A stretch of 64,000 nucleotides of DNA. It comes from an uncultured Tenacibaculum sp. GTDB taxonomy: Bacteria > Bacteroidota > Bacteroidia > Flavobacteriales > Flavobacteriaceae. The first letter of the stretch is position 1; each line of letters starts with the position of its first letter. The position numbers and the translations under genes are program-made. The stretch is from assembly GCA_963666645.2 (NCBI GenBank), contig CAXXDB010000003.1, forward strand, positions 405,494 to 469,493, written 5' to 3'. Below the pieces are notes generated by a model, which was given only the letters and a program-made list of their open reading frames with translations, made no database searches and was not told the DNA's origin. Below, piece by piece: positions 28,785 through 39,254 of the stretch.

Positions 28785-30056
28785 TTATAAATCGAAACCA
28801 ATATCTTTTCTGTAATTCATTTTTTCAAATGTAATTTTGTCAATATTTTTATAGGAAGTATCTAAAGCATTTTGAATTGAATTTCCTAAAGAAGTAACTG
28901 CCATAACTCTTCCACCGTTTGTAAGTATTTTATTATTTTTTAACTTTGTTCCTGCATGAAAAACAATAGAATCTTCCACATTATGCAGTCCATAAATCTC
29001 TTTTCCTTTTCCATAACTCTCCGGATAGCCTCCCGAGACCAACATTACCGTAGCTGCAGTTTGTGGGTTGACTTCAAAGGTTTTTTCATTTAAATTTTGA
29101 TTGGCAACTCCCTCAAATAAATCAACTAAATCTGATTGTATCCTTGGTAAAACAACTTCTGTTTCCGGATCTCCCATTCGTACATTGTATTCAATGACAA
29201 AAGGATTCCCCTCAACATTCATTAAGCCAATAAATATAAATCCTCTATAATCAATATTATCTTTTTGTAAGCCATCAACAGTGGGTTTTATGATTCGTTC
29301 TTCAACCTTATTAAGAAACTTTTGATTTGCAAAAGGAACAGGTGATATAGCTCCCATCCCTCCGGTGTTTAAGCCTGTATCTCCTTCACCAATACGCTTG
29401 TAGTCTTTGGCGGAAGGCAATATTTTATAGTTTTTCCCATCGGTAAGTACAAAAACGGAAAGCTCTGTTCCATCTAAAAATTCTTCAATAATTACGGTAG
29501 AAGAAGCTAGTCCAAATTTTTCATTAGTAAGCATTTCTGTAAGCTCTTTTTTTGCCTCCTCTAATGAATTTAAAATTAAAACACCTTTTCCGGCAGCCAA
29601 CCCATCTGCTTTTAAAACAAATGGAGAATCCAAAGTTTCCAAAAAAGCAAAACCTTCTTTTAAATGCTCTTTAGTAAATGATTGATATTTTGCAGTTGGA
29701 ATATGGTAACGCTCCATGAATTGCTTAGAAAAATCTTTGCTTCCTTCAAGTAGTGCACCATCTTTTTTAGGGCCTATCACTAATATTGATTTTAACTCTT
29801 TATCTGCTAAGAAAAAGTCATGAATACCTGCTACTAAAGGTACTTCCGATCCCACAACAACTATCTGAATTGTATTTTGTAATACAATTTCTTTTACTGC
29901 TTTAAAATCTGTAGGGTTAATATGTATGTTTTTAGCTATTTCAGAAGTCCCTGCGTTTCCGGGGGCTATAAAAATTTGATTGATTTTTTCACTTTGTGAA
30001 AGCTTACAGGTAAAAGCGTGTTCTCTTCCTCCTGAACCTAAGATTAAAATATTCAT
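28785..30056 (-). CDS. purD: Phosphoribosylamine-glycine ligase
   Basis: GSGGREHA, APGNAG, LEGSK, KADGLAAGKGV, NTGGMGA, RMGDPETE, GGRV. Confidence 0.97.
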   Translation of the reverse strand: MNILILGSGGREHAFTCKLSQSEKINQIFIAPGNAGTSEIAKNIHINPTDFKAVKEIVLQNTIQIVVVGSEVPLVAGIHDFFLADKELKSILVIGPKKDGALLEGSKDFSKQFMERYHIPTAKYQSFTKEHLKEGFAFLETLDSPFVLKADGLAAGKGVLILNSLEEAKKELTEMLTNEKFGLASSTVIIEEFLDGTELSVFVLTDGKNYKILPSAKDYKRIGEGDTGLNTGGMGAISPVPFANQKFLNKVEERIIKPTVDGLQKDNIDYRGFIFIGLMNVEGNPFVIEYNVRMGDPETEVVLPRIQSDLVDLFEGVANQNLNEKTFEVNPQTAATVMLVSGGYPESYGKGKEIYGLHNVEDSIVFHAGTKLKNNKILTNGGRVMAVTSLGNSIQNALDTSYKNIDKITFEKMNYRKDIGFDL

Positions 30057-30112
30057 ATGCTATGCTACTATACTTATATGAAGGGTTTTATTATTCTCAT
30101 ATTTTTTAATTG

Positions 30113-31447
30113 TTATCGTATAATTCCGGAAGGAAAAGTTACAATGCTTTCATGTCCATCTCTTCCTACGGCACTAACTCCAAAAAAGTAATTATCGACT
30201 ACAATTCCTTCTAACGTAAATTTGGTAACATTTTCTACATATTTAAAATAATCCCAGGTAGGTGATGTGGTATCTCTCCAGTAAATTTTATATCCTTTAG
30301 CTCCGTTAACTTTATCCCAGATGAATCTAGCTGAAGCCTCAACAATACCTCCAATTTTCACATTCTGAGGTGAAAGCGGGGCGGAAGCAATGCTTGCTAA
30401 ATTAACAGCATTTACAGCGGTTAACTTTTTTGCATACTCAAAATTAACAAACTTAAATCTATCTCCGTATTCTATACCATTTTCAGTTCGGACATCTTGA
30501 TGTTGCTGCGTGTAGTTTTCATGTGTTTCCATGATTCTGATACCCGCGAAACCAGCGTCATTAAAAGGACGATGATGCCCTCCGCGACCAAATCGGTCTA
30601 ATCGATAAATCATTTTTGGATTCATTTCCGGCATATACGTTTTGGTGGTTTTGTAAACATATCGAGCTAGTTGCCGGGAAATTCCATCGACTTCACCGCC
30701 ATAAAAACGACGAACTCTTCGTTCCTTTTCTGTTTCTGTAGGAGGTACTGGTTCAGAAAAAATCCGGAAAGTTCTGTTATCAATTATTCCATCAGCTCCT
30801 TTAATGTTTCCAATCATATCATTATTGATAATTCCAGCAATATTCCATTCTCTTTCTTTTGCATATTTTGCAAGACCTCTGCCACCAAATAACCCTTGTT
30901 CTTCGCCGGACAATCCTGCATAAATAATACTGTTATCAAATTTGTATTTACTTAAAACTCTTGCTGCTTCAATGGCACTTGCCATACCCGAAGCATTGTC
31001 ATTTGCCCCCGGTGCATCATCTGTATAATTATTCGCATCGGAGATTCTGGAATCAATATCTCCACTCATAATGATATAATTATCTGGATTTTTAATTCCT
31101 TTTTGAATTGCTATAACATTTACTACCCAAACATCTTTAATAATGCGTTGATTTGCTCCTTTTTTGACTAAGTCTTTCTGATAAAAAACCTGCAAACAAT
31201 TGTTACAGTCTTTAGAGATAGTTTCGAATTCTTTTCTAATCCATCTTCTTGCAGCTCCTATTCCTCTGGTATTCGATACAGTATCACTTAATGTATGTCT
31301 GGTTCCGAAATTTGCTAAAATGTCAATGTCTTTTTTTATTCTTTCGGCGGAAATGTTGTTAATAATATCGTAAATTTTTGTATCTGTTTGAGCGTAAGAA
31401 ATAGTTAATGCCGAAACTAAAATTATGGAGGTAATTATTTTTTTCAT
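30113..31447 (-). CDS. Secreted M28-family metallopeptidase
   Basis: Signal peptide; GDIDSR, GANDNASG, SGEEQGL, NNDMIG, GRGGHH. Confidence 0.88.
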   Translation of the reverse strand: MKKIITSIILVSALTISYAQTDTKIYDIINNISAERIKKDIDILANFGTRHTLSDTVSNTRGIGAARRWIRKEFETISKDCNNCLQVFYQKDLVKKGANQRIIKDVWVVNVIAIQKGIKNPDNYIIMSGDIDSRISDANNYTDDAPGANDNASGMASAIEAARVLSKYKFDNSIIYAGLSGEEQGLFGGRGLAKYAKEREWNIAGIINNDMIGNIKGADGIIDNRTFRIFSEPVPPTETEKERRVRRFYGGEVDGISRQLARYVYKTTKTYMPEMNPKMIYRLDRFGRGGHHRPFNDAGFAGIRIMETHENYTQQHQDVRTENGIEYGDRFKFVNFEYAKKLTAVNAVNLASIASAPLSPQNVKIGGIVEASARFIWDKVNGAKGYKIYWRDTTSPTWDYFKYVENVTKFTLEGIVVDNYFFGVSAVGRDGHESIVTFPSGIIR

Positions 31448-31670
31448 TCTATAAGTATTATGGTTGCAAATTTACAAAATAAAAAGGAAAATACATTTCA
31501 CTAACAATTTCTTGATAGTAACATTATTTCTATTTTAACATGATTTTTTAAAGATTTCAGATTAGTGATGGTTTTCCCTCAATTAATTTTATTAAGTGGT
31601 TATTCATTACACATCTTGCTTTATGCAACTATTAATTTTTAAAACGTTTTTTTGTATTGTTTATATTTGC

Positions 31671-31815
31671 TGACAAGGATTTAATTCCGGATTGTAAATT
31701 GTACGACCACTCATGTTGAGATTAAGAAGAAATACGAAACATAAACAGGACTATTCCAATTTAACTATAATCGGATTTCTGAGAACCCCTAGCAGGGAGT
31801 TTAATCATCTTGCCA
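31671..31815 (+). ncRNA. Candidate structured non-coding RNA or orphaned leader
   Basis: TATATTTG -7 box at 31662-31669; end-to-end and inner complementary segments; no ORF. Confidence 0.3.
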
Positions 31816-31918
31816 TACAAAATTATTCAAAAGATAATTGCTATTGTTACTTTCCTGTTATTTAATTATAGTTATTTTTACAGAGGTTGATAAATTATTT
31901 TCAGAGGGAATCGTTATT

Positions 31919-33814
31919 TTATTCAGATAATGTTATTAAATCATACGATTGCTTAATAAAGTTTGTTAGTTCTTTACCATGTAATAAGTTTTGAGATAAT
32001 CTGGCTAAATCAAAGGCCTGAGAAATTAATTGCTTTTGTTTTTCCTCATCGGCATTTAAGATACCTGAAACTAATTCATGATTTGTATTAACCGCCAAGT
32101 TATACATCTCCGGCATATTACCCATTCCCGTCATACCCCCACCTGTAGTACTCATTTCTTTCATACGGCGCATAAATTCGGGAACAGTAATTAAGAAAGG
32201 AGAAGCAGAAGAGTCCATTGCTTCTAGCTGTACTGTATAGCTTGAATTGTTAACAGCACTTTCAATAACGGGTTTTAATTTCTCTTTTTCTTCATCTGAA
32301 AGTTTTGAAATTACTGTGTCATCCTTTTTAATTAAATTATCAATATGGTCAGCATCTACACGTTTAAATTGAATTTTAGCATCTCCCGATGATGTTTCTA
32401 ATTTTTGAATTAAATGAGATACTATAGGGGAATCGAGTAGCACTACTTCGTACCCTTTTGCTTTTGCATTTTGTATATAGCTATGTTGTGCATCTTTACC
32501 GGAAGCATATAAAATTATATGATTTCCATCTTTGTCAGTTTGTGTGTTTTTTGTTTTTTCAACTAATTCATCGAAAGTAAAGAAAGTATCATTTACCGTT
32601 GGATATAAAGAGAATTTCTTTGCTTTATCAAAGAATTTATCTTCAGATAACATTCCATATTCGATAATTACCTTAATATCATTCCATTTTTGCTCAAAAT
32701 CTTCACGATCTTTTTTAAATAAAGAAGAAAGTTTATCAGCTACTTTTTTGGTAATATATCCTGATATTTTCTTTACAGCACCATCAGCTTGCAAGTATGA
32801 TCGTGATACATTTAACGGAATATCCGGTGAATCAATTATCCCCTTTAGCATTTGTAAGAAATCAGGAACGATTCCTTCAACGTTGTCGGTTACAAAAACT
32901 TGATTTTGATATAATTGAATCTTATCCTTTTGAATATCAATATTTTGAGACAGACGAGGAAAATATAAAATGCCTGTTAAGTTAAATGGATAATCAACAT
33001 TTAAGTGGATGTTAAATAAGGGTTCTTCAAATTGAGCGGGGTATAACTCTCTATAAAATGTTTTATAATCTTCTGCTTCTAAATCTGCAGGTTTTTTTGT
33101 CCAGGCAGGATTGGTATTATTAATAATATTGTTTACCTCTCTTGTTTCCGGTTTTGCATCTTCAGCGGCGTCTTTTGGTAAGGGTAATGTTTCAGTTTTT
33201 GTTCCGAATTTAATTGGAATTTGATTGAAACGATTATATTTTGTTAATAAACTGGAAATTTTGTGATCTTCTAAGAACTCTTTTTCATCGTCAGAAATAT
33301 GTAAAATAATTTCTGTGCCTCTTTCAGTTTTATCATGTGGTTTTAATGTGTATTCCGGAGAACCGTCACAAATCCAGTGAGCTGCAGATTCATCTTTATA
33401 GGATTTAGTAATAATCTCTACTTTGTCTGCAACCATAAAGGCAGAGTAGAAGCCTAACCCGAAATGACCAATAACTCCAGTCTCATTATTAGAATCTTTA
33501 TACTTTTCTAAAAATTCTTCTGCTCCTGAAAATGCAATTTGATTGATGTATTTTTCCACTTCCTTTGTAGTCATTCCTAAACCGTAATCGATGATATGAA
33601 GTGTTTTGCTGTCTTTATTAATCTTAATTTCTATTTGCGGATTGCCATGTTCAATCTTTGCTTCATCTATAGAAATTAAGTGCTTTAATTTGGTTGTGGC
33701 ATCTGTTGCATTAGAAATTAATTCACGTAAAAATATCTCATGATCTGAATACAAGAATTTTTTAATTAATGGGAAAATATTTTCTACTGATACATTAATA
33801 TTTCCTTTACTCAT
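31919..33814 (-). CDS. htpG: Chaperone HtpG (Hsp90)
   Basis: EIFLRELISNATDA, IGHFGLGFYSAFMVA, DSPDIPLNVSRS. Confidence 0.97.
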   Translation of the reverse strand: MSKGNINVSVENIFPLIKKFLYSDHEIFLRELISNATDATTKLKHLISIDEAKIEHGNPQIEIKINKDSKTLHIIDYGLGMTTKEVEKYINQIAFSGAEEFLEKYKDSNNETGVIGHFGLGFYSAFMVADKVEIITKSYKDESAAHWICDGSPEYTLKPHDKTERGTEIILHISDDEKEFLEDHKISSLLTKYNRFNQIPIKFGTKTETLPLPKDAAEDAKPETREVNNIINNTNPAWTKKPADLEAEDYKTFYRELYPAQFEEPLFNIHLNVDYPFNLTGILYFPRLSQNIDIQKDKIQLYQNQVFVTDNVEGIVPDFLQMLKGIIDSPDIPLNVSRSYLQADGAVKKISGYITKKVADKLSSLFKKDREDFEQKWNDIKVIIEYGMLSEDKFFDKAKKFSLYPTVNDTFFTFDELVEKTKNTQTDKDGNHIILYASGKDAQHSYIQNAKAKGYEVVLLDSPIVSHLIQKLETSSGDAKIQFKRVDADHIDNLIKKDDTVISKLSDEEKEKLKPVIESAVNNSSYTVQLEAMDSSASPFLITVPEFMRRMKEMSTTGGGMTGMGNMPEMYNLAVNTNHELVSGILNADEEKQKQLISQAFDLARLSQNLLHGKELTNFIKQSYDLITLSE

Positions 33815-33853
33815 TTCTTAATTGATTTTAGTTTATAAATTTAAGTTTTTTAA

Positions 33854-33887
33854 TGTCAAAAAAAATACCAAAGCATTTCTTATGACA
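33854..33887 (-). promoter_or_regulatory. Candidate chaperone promoter/operator TGTCA-N12-TGGTA-N7-TGACA
   Basis: Identical spacing to the groES element at 121-154; extra TGTCA copy immediately upstream. Confidence 0.6.
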
Positions 33888-33902
33888 ATATGACATATAA
33901 GA

Positions 33903-34973
33903 TTATGAGAGCTGAAGAAGTTTTTCAAAATACAGATTTATTTCTTGTTGTTGCTCTTGTATTTTGCTGACCAAAGTGAATTGATTTATAGCTCTTTCTA
34001 AGTTATGTTGTGGATGTTTAACTTTATAATAAGTGTCGTTGTTTAAATAATCCGTTAAAAAACGTAATCCTATAATGAATGTCATTACTGAAATACTTTT
34101 TGGTAAATAATTGATTTCTTCATTGGAAATGTGATTCAATATTTTTGTAAGAAAACCTTTTGTGTAGCTTTTAAAATAATCTAAACGAAAATTTACTTTT
34201 GATACATCTGTTTCATCCTCTTTCACTGTATTACAAATAGTTCGCAAAGCATCTCCATAATCAAAATGAACACAACCTGTCATAACAGTATCTAAATCAA
34301 TTAAACAAACAGCTTTTTTATCAGAATCAAATAATATATTTGAAATTTTCATATCATTATGAGTTATCCGCAACAAAATTTTCTTTTGTCGTATTGCATT
34401 CTCTATAATCATCATTTTCTTTTCCTTTGCAACTGCAAAATCAATCCACTGTTTAGCATTTTCTTTTCGTTGAAATGAGGTATTTTTTAAAGCACTTCTG
34501 AATTTCTGAAAACGGGAAGACATAGAATGAAAATCAGGTAAAATTTCTATTAATTCATTCTTAAAATACGATGTTTGAGCTAAAAATTCTCCTGTAACCA
34601 AACCTGCCTGATTGGCAATGTCTTCAGAAGTAGCTCTTAAAAAAGTCTGAGAGTCTTTTATGAATTCAGATAAACTCCAGACATTATTACCATCTTTTAC
34701 ATGGAACTTGTTTTGCATTGTAGGAATAAAGCGAATAGTTTTTATATTTTTTTCAGATAAAAAACGGGTTATCTTTACCTTATTATGAATAACATCAATT
34801 GGTTTCTTAAAAATGTTTCCATTGAGTTTTTTCAATACATATTCAGACCCGGTATTTGTTACAATCAGATAAGTATCGTTAATATGACCGGAGCTGAAAG
34901 TATCAAAACCTTTAAAAGTTCCGTTAGTTTTAAATCGATTAAAAACAATTTCCAGACTTCTGATTAATCCCAT
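33903..34973 (-). CDS. APH-fold anomeric sugar kinase (NahK/AmgK-like N-acetylhexosamine 1-kinase)
   Basis: GHINDTY, THNDMKISNILF, LIDLDTVM, DYGDALR. Confidence 0.8.
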   Translation of the reverse strand: MGLIRSLEIVFNRFKTNGTFKGFDTFSSGHINDTYLIVTNTGSEYVLKKLNGNIFKKPIDVIHNKVKITRFLSEKNIKTIRFIPTMQNKFHVKDGNNVWSLSEFIKDSQTFLRATSEDIANQAGLVTGEFLAQTSYFKNELIEILPDFHSMSSRFQKFRSALKNTSFQRKENAKQWIDFAVAKEKKMMIIENAIRQKKILLRITHNDMKISNILFDSDKKAVCLIDLDTVMTGCVHFDYGDALRTICNTVKEDETDVSKVNFRLDYFKSYTKGFLTKILNHISNEEINYLPKSISVMTFIIGLRFLTDYLNNDTYYKVKHPQHNLERAINQFTLVSKIQEQQQEINLYFEKLLQLS

Positions 34974-35860
34974 AGTTTTTCAGGATATATTTTTTTATTC
35001 TTTAATTCAGAAATTTTAGACATTACAAAGGCTTTATCCTCTTTATAAGTAACTCCCATCCAGTTCGAAGTCGTTTTTAGGACTTTCATTATTGCTTTTT
35101 TATTTTTTAACAGGTGATTGACTACAAAAGGTAAATAAAATTCTTCTTTTCCAGTTTGATAATTAGCTTTTAAAAATTGATAAAATAATATATCGATTTC
35201 ATTAAAGATATGAGGAGTAAAGCCCCAGAAGTTCATAGAAACTAAGGTGTGCTTTTTTATTTCTTTTTCCTGATTATTATCTGTGTAAATGATACGGTTA
35301 TTAGTTGAAGTAGTAATACTAGTACGCTCAATAACCTCCTTTAAGTAATAATCTGAATCTATTTTACATTCCCCTCTCGAAACAGTTCCGTTTTCAGATA
35401 ATGTATGTTGAACTTCAAATCCAACCATAGCAAATTGGTTAGATGTTGGTAAAACCTGTTTTAAGAATTTCGACATTATGAAGAAAGAGTTATTTCCATA
35501 AAAATCATCAGCATTAATTATACAAAAGTTTTCGTCGACAGCATTTTTTGCTGTTAATAAAGCATGTGCAGTTCCCCAGGGTTTAACTCTGCTGTTATTT
35601 CTGAACTCTTCAGGGATATTTGTTATTTCCTGACATACAAATTCAAGGTCAATTTTTTTGCTCAATTTAGGAAGATATAAAGATTTTATTGTTGGCAAAA
35701 AATCTTTCCGAACGACAAAAACTACTTTTGTAAACCCATTCTTTATAGCATCATAAATAGAAAAATCCATTATAGCTTCATTCTCTTCACTAACAGCATC
35801 AAGTTGTTTTAAACCACCATATCTGCTTCCCATACCAGCAGCAAGAATAACTAAAATCAT
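34964..35860 (-). CDS. Sugar-1-phosphate nucleotidyltransferase
   Basis: LAAGMGSRYGGLKQ, KPWGTAHA, INADDFYG, SMNFWGF. Confidence 0.88.
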   Translation of the reverse strand: MILVILAAGMGSRYGGLKQLDAVSEENEAIMDFSIYDAIKNGFTKVVFVVRKDFLPTIKSLYLPKLSKKIDLEFVCQEITNIPEEFRNNSRVKPWGTAHALLTAKNAVDENFCIINADDFYGNNSFFIMSKFLKQVLPTSNQFAMVGFEVQHTLSENGTVSRGECKIDSDYYLKEVIERTSITTSTNNRIIYTDNNQEKEIKKHTLVSMNFWGFTPHIFNEIDILFYQFLKANYQTGKEEFYLPFVVNHLLKNKKAIMKVLKTTSNWMGVTYKEDKAFVMSKISELKNKKIYPEKLWD

Positions 35861-35932
35861 GGATATTTATTTTTAAACGGTAAATATAATTTAATCTGAA
35901 TGATTATTTTAGTCAAAATTAAATTTAACACT

Positions 35933-37735
35933 ATGAATTTAACAACGATTGATTACTCTTTTGTATTTATCTTCTTCAGCATAACATTAAGTATAGGCGT
36001 TTGGGCTTCAAGAAAATCAAAACAAAGTACCTCTGAATATTTTTTATCAGGGCGTAATATGCCTTGGTGGCTTTTAGGAATTTCTATGGTAGCAACAACA
36101 TTTTCCACTGATACACCAAATCTGGTAACTGATATTGTTCGGACTAATGGCGTTTCCGGGAATTGGGTTTGGTGGGCGTTTCTGCTTACAGGAATGCTAA
36201 CAGTTTTTGTATACGCTAAATTGTGGAGAAAAAGTAATGTAACAACCGATTTAGAGTTTTATGAACTCAGATACGGAGGTAAGCCAGCTCAGATTTTAAG
36301 AGGATTTCGATCACTATACCTGGGAATATTTTTTAATGTACTCGCAATGGCGGGCGTTACATTAGCAGCTATTAAAATAGGAGGGATAATGTTAGGACTT
36401 ACACCTTTTCAAACTATTGGTATTGCTTCTGTAGTTACAGTTGCATTTAGTACACTAGGAGGCTTTAAAGGAGTAGTTTATACAGATTTTTTATTGTTTT
36501 TTACAGCAATGACAGGAGCTGTTGGGGCGGCAATAGTTTCGGTTAATCATCCTGAAGTTGATGGTCTGAGAAATTTATTAATACACCCTAATGTAGTTGA
36601 TAAATTGTCAATTCTTCCAGATTTTAATAATAAAGAATTATTAATTTCAATATTTATAATTCCGTTAGCGGTACAATGGTGGAGTGCCTGGTATCCTGGT
36701 GCAGAGCCTGGAGGAGGAGGATATATTGCACAACGAATATTGGCTTCGAAAGATGAGAATCATGCTATTGGAGCTACCTTTTTCTTTAATATTTTACATT
36801 ATGCTTTACGCCCTTGGCCTTGGATTATAGTAGCTTTGGCTTCATTAATCGTTTTTCCGGATTTAGCAAGCATTAAAGAGGCTTTTCCGAATGTATCGAA
36901 TGATAAATTAGGACATGATTTAGCATATCCTGCAATGCTGACATTTTTACCAAAAGGATTGACAGGTGTAGTGCTTACTTCATTAATAGCGGCATATATG
37001 AGTACAATTTCTACACATCTGAATTGGGGAGCTTCATATATTGTTAATGATTTTTATAAGCAAAATATCAATCCGGATGCTAATGAAAAAACATTAATTA
37101 ATGTAGGAAAAACGACAACTGTTGCTTTGATGGTTTTTAGTGCAATTTTAGCTCTGTCATTTACGAATGCTTTAGAGATTTTTCAATTCATATTAATGTT
37201 TGGTGCTGGTACCGGACTCATTTTCTTATTGCGTTGGTTTTGGTGGCGTATTAACGCATGGAGTGAAATTTCTGCAATGATAGCTTCAGGAGTTTTTTCT
37301 TTAATCTTTCATTTTAATACTGAATATTTATTTGGATCAGAAGGGGTGTTTGAAAGTTACTTGCAATTTCCGTTAGTTGTATTGTGTACTACAATTATTT
37401 GGGTATTAATAACGATGTTAACTAAACCTGAGAATGATGAAGTATTGATAAATTTCTATAATAAAATTCAGCCTAAAAAAGAAGGTTGGTTACCGGTATT
37501 ACAGAAAGCAAAAGAGAATAATATTTTAATGGAAAAGAAGAATATAAGTACAAATTTGACAGATGGTCTACTAGCTGTTTTTATTGGATGTATATTGGTT
37601 TTTAGCTGTTTGTTTGCAACCGGAAATTGGATTTATGAGAATTACACAGTTGCTTCAGGGTTATCTGCAGTAGTATTAATTTCTGCCTTTTGGTTACTAA
37701 AATTATGGAAAAAAATCAGAGTTGATTTTTTATAG
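35933..37735 (+). CDS. Sodium:solute symporter (probably amino-sugar)
   Basis: YFLSGRNMPWW, TTFSTDTP, AQRIL, AAYMST; many TM helices. Confidence 0.9.
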   Translation: MNLTTIDYSFVFIFFSITLSIGVWASRKSKQSTSEYFLSGRNMPWWLLGISMVATTFSTDTPNLVTDIVRTNGVSGNWVWWAFLLTGMLTVFVYAKLWRKSNVTTDLEFYELRYGGKPAQILRGFRSLYLGIFFNVLAMAGVTLAAIKIGGIMLGLTPFQTIGIASVVTVAFSTLGGFKGVVYTDFLLFFTAMTGAVGAAIVSVNHPEVDGLRNLLIHPNVVDKLSILPDFNNKELLISIFIIPLAVQWWSAWYPGAEPGGGGYIAQRILASKDENHAIGATFFFNILHYALRPWPWIIVALASLIVFPDLASIKEAFPNVSNDKLGHDLAYPAMLTFLPKGLTGVVLTSLIAAYMSTISTHLNWGASYIVNDFYKQNINPDANEKTLINVGKTTTVALMVFSAILALSFTNALEIFQFILMFGAGTGLIFLLRWFWWRINAWSEISAMIASGVFSLIFHFNTEYLFGSEGVFESYLQFPLVVLCTTIIWVLITMLTKPENDEVLINFYNKIQPKKEGWLPVLQKAKENNILMEKKNISTNLTDGLLAVFIGCILVFSCLFATGNWIYENYTVASGLSAVVLISAFWLLKLWKKIRVDFL

Positions 37736-37751
37736 AAATATTGATATTCAA

Positions 37752-39143
37752 TTAAATATCTCTTAACATTTCTGATGGGTTTTTATTTTTCCATGAACCT
37801 CCTGTAAAATCGGGAGCTTTTACAGAACTACTATTCTGAGCAGCTGATAATTCCGAAAGAGGTGTTATAGAACTCCATAGCACACTATCATAAACATTAA
37901 TGTCTAAAGATAACCCTTCATTTAAACAACGTATTAAACGATAAATCATGACAAAATCCATCCCTCCGTGTCCCGCTGAATTATCAGAAATCTGATTTTT
38001 TAATTTTGCCCAAAGCGGATGATTATATTTTTCTCTATATTCTTTATATTTTTCCTTATCCAACCATTTATGACCTCCCCAGGTTAATTCATCTTCATTA
38101 ATATATAATTTTGAAGGATAACCTTCGTGTACTGCTTTTGTGCCTACTACAGTATTTAACCGATCATAAGGTCTGCCAGAATGTACATCAAATTGTAACA
38201 TGATAGTTTTTCCTAATTTAGTTTTGATTATTGTAGTATTCATATCACCACATTTTATATCAGAGAACTTATCAATATTGGATTTTTTAGCGGCATTGCT
38301 TAAACTTCTTTCACGAGAACTCATTGATACTACATAATTGTAAGTATCCCCGCGGCCAATATTCATATACTGACTTATTGGTCCCAAACCATGAGTTGTA
38401 TAAAAATTTCCGTCTTTCGTCAAATGATGTTTAATACGCCATTGATTTTCATAGTACTTTTCATCTAATAAATGCTTACGTAAGTCATGTATATAAGCAC
38501 CTTCTGCATGTGTTAAATCTCCAAAGACACCTTGATTTATCATATTTAACACCCATAATTCTTCCCCGTTAAAACAACAATTCTCCATCATCATGCAATG
38601 CTTCTGTGTACGTTCTGCAGTTTCAATTAGTTTCCAGCAATCTTCTAAAGTATAAGCAATTGGTACTTCACACGCTGTGTGTTTCCCTTTTTCCATTCCG
38701 TAAATACACATAGGAGTGTGCATTTCCCATGGAGTTGCAATGATTAATAAATCAATATCATCTCTGTCAACTAATTTTTTCCATTCATCCGGGTTTCCGA
38801 AATAAATCGCAGCTTTTTTTCCATACATTTTTTGGAGATGCTCATTTAATTTATCTGTTTTCTCTCTTTTTAAATCTGAGATGGCTACAATTTCGGCTTT
38901 ATTATTTTTTACCAACCAATCAAACATTTGAGCCAATACCTGACCTCTGTTTCCACAGCCAATAATACCTACTTTAACGTTAGCTATTTTAGAGTTGGTT
39001 AAAGCAAAAGCATTTCCTTTAGAAGTCTTGTTTAAAAGAGAAATTGTTTTTTCCTGAACTTCTTTTCTACATGATATAGTAGTTGATAAACCTAAGAACA
39101 TCGCTGCTTTTGCCGATAGAGATAAAAAGTTTTTTCTATTCAT
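37752..39143 (-). CDS. GH109-like NAD+-dependent alpha-N-acetylgalactosaminidase (Gfo/Idh/MocA fold), exported lipoprotein
   Basis: Tat-like MNRKNFL signal with Cys, GCGNRG Rossmann, CEVP, ENCC, YTTHGLGP, GHGGMDF. Confidence 0.8.
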   Translation of the reverse strand: MNRKNFLSLSAKAAMFLGLSTTISCRKEVQEKTISLLNKTSKGNAFALTNSKIANVKVGIIGCGNRGQVLAQMFDWLVKNNKAEIVAISDLKREKTDKLNEHLQKMYGKKAAIYFGNPDEWKKLVDRDDIDLLIIATPWEMHTPMCIYGMEKGKHTACEVPIAYTLEDCWKLIETAERTQKHCMMMENCCFNGEELWVLNMINQGVFGDLTHAEGAYIHDLRKHLLDEKYYENQWRIKHHLTKDGNFYTTHGLGPISQYMNIGRGDTYNYVVSMSSRERSLSNAAKKSNIDKFSDIKCGDMNTTIIKTKLGKTIMLQFDVHSGRPYDRLNTVVGTKAVHEGYPSKLYINEDELTWGGHKWLDKEKYKEYREKYNHPLWAKLKNQISDNSAGHGGMDFVMIYRLIRCLNEGLSLDINVYDSVLWSSITPLSELSAAQNSSSVKAPDFTGGSWKNKNPSEMLRDI

Positions 39144-39254
39144 AAATTGTTTGGCTTAGTTGAATGATTAATAATTATTCTCTACAAAGTTATTAATTAA
39201 TTTCTATTTTTGTACATAAAATTTGCAAGTAATTAAAATTATAGCTCAGAAAAT

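Noticed and set aside
31779-31799. ctgagaacccctagcagggag resembles parts of the TPP riboswitch core
   Set aside because: The P2 5' strand and P4/P5 (GAACCUGAU...UAAU) are missing and no thiamine gene follows.
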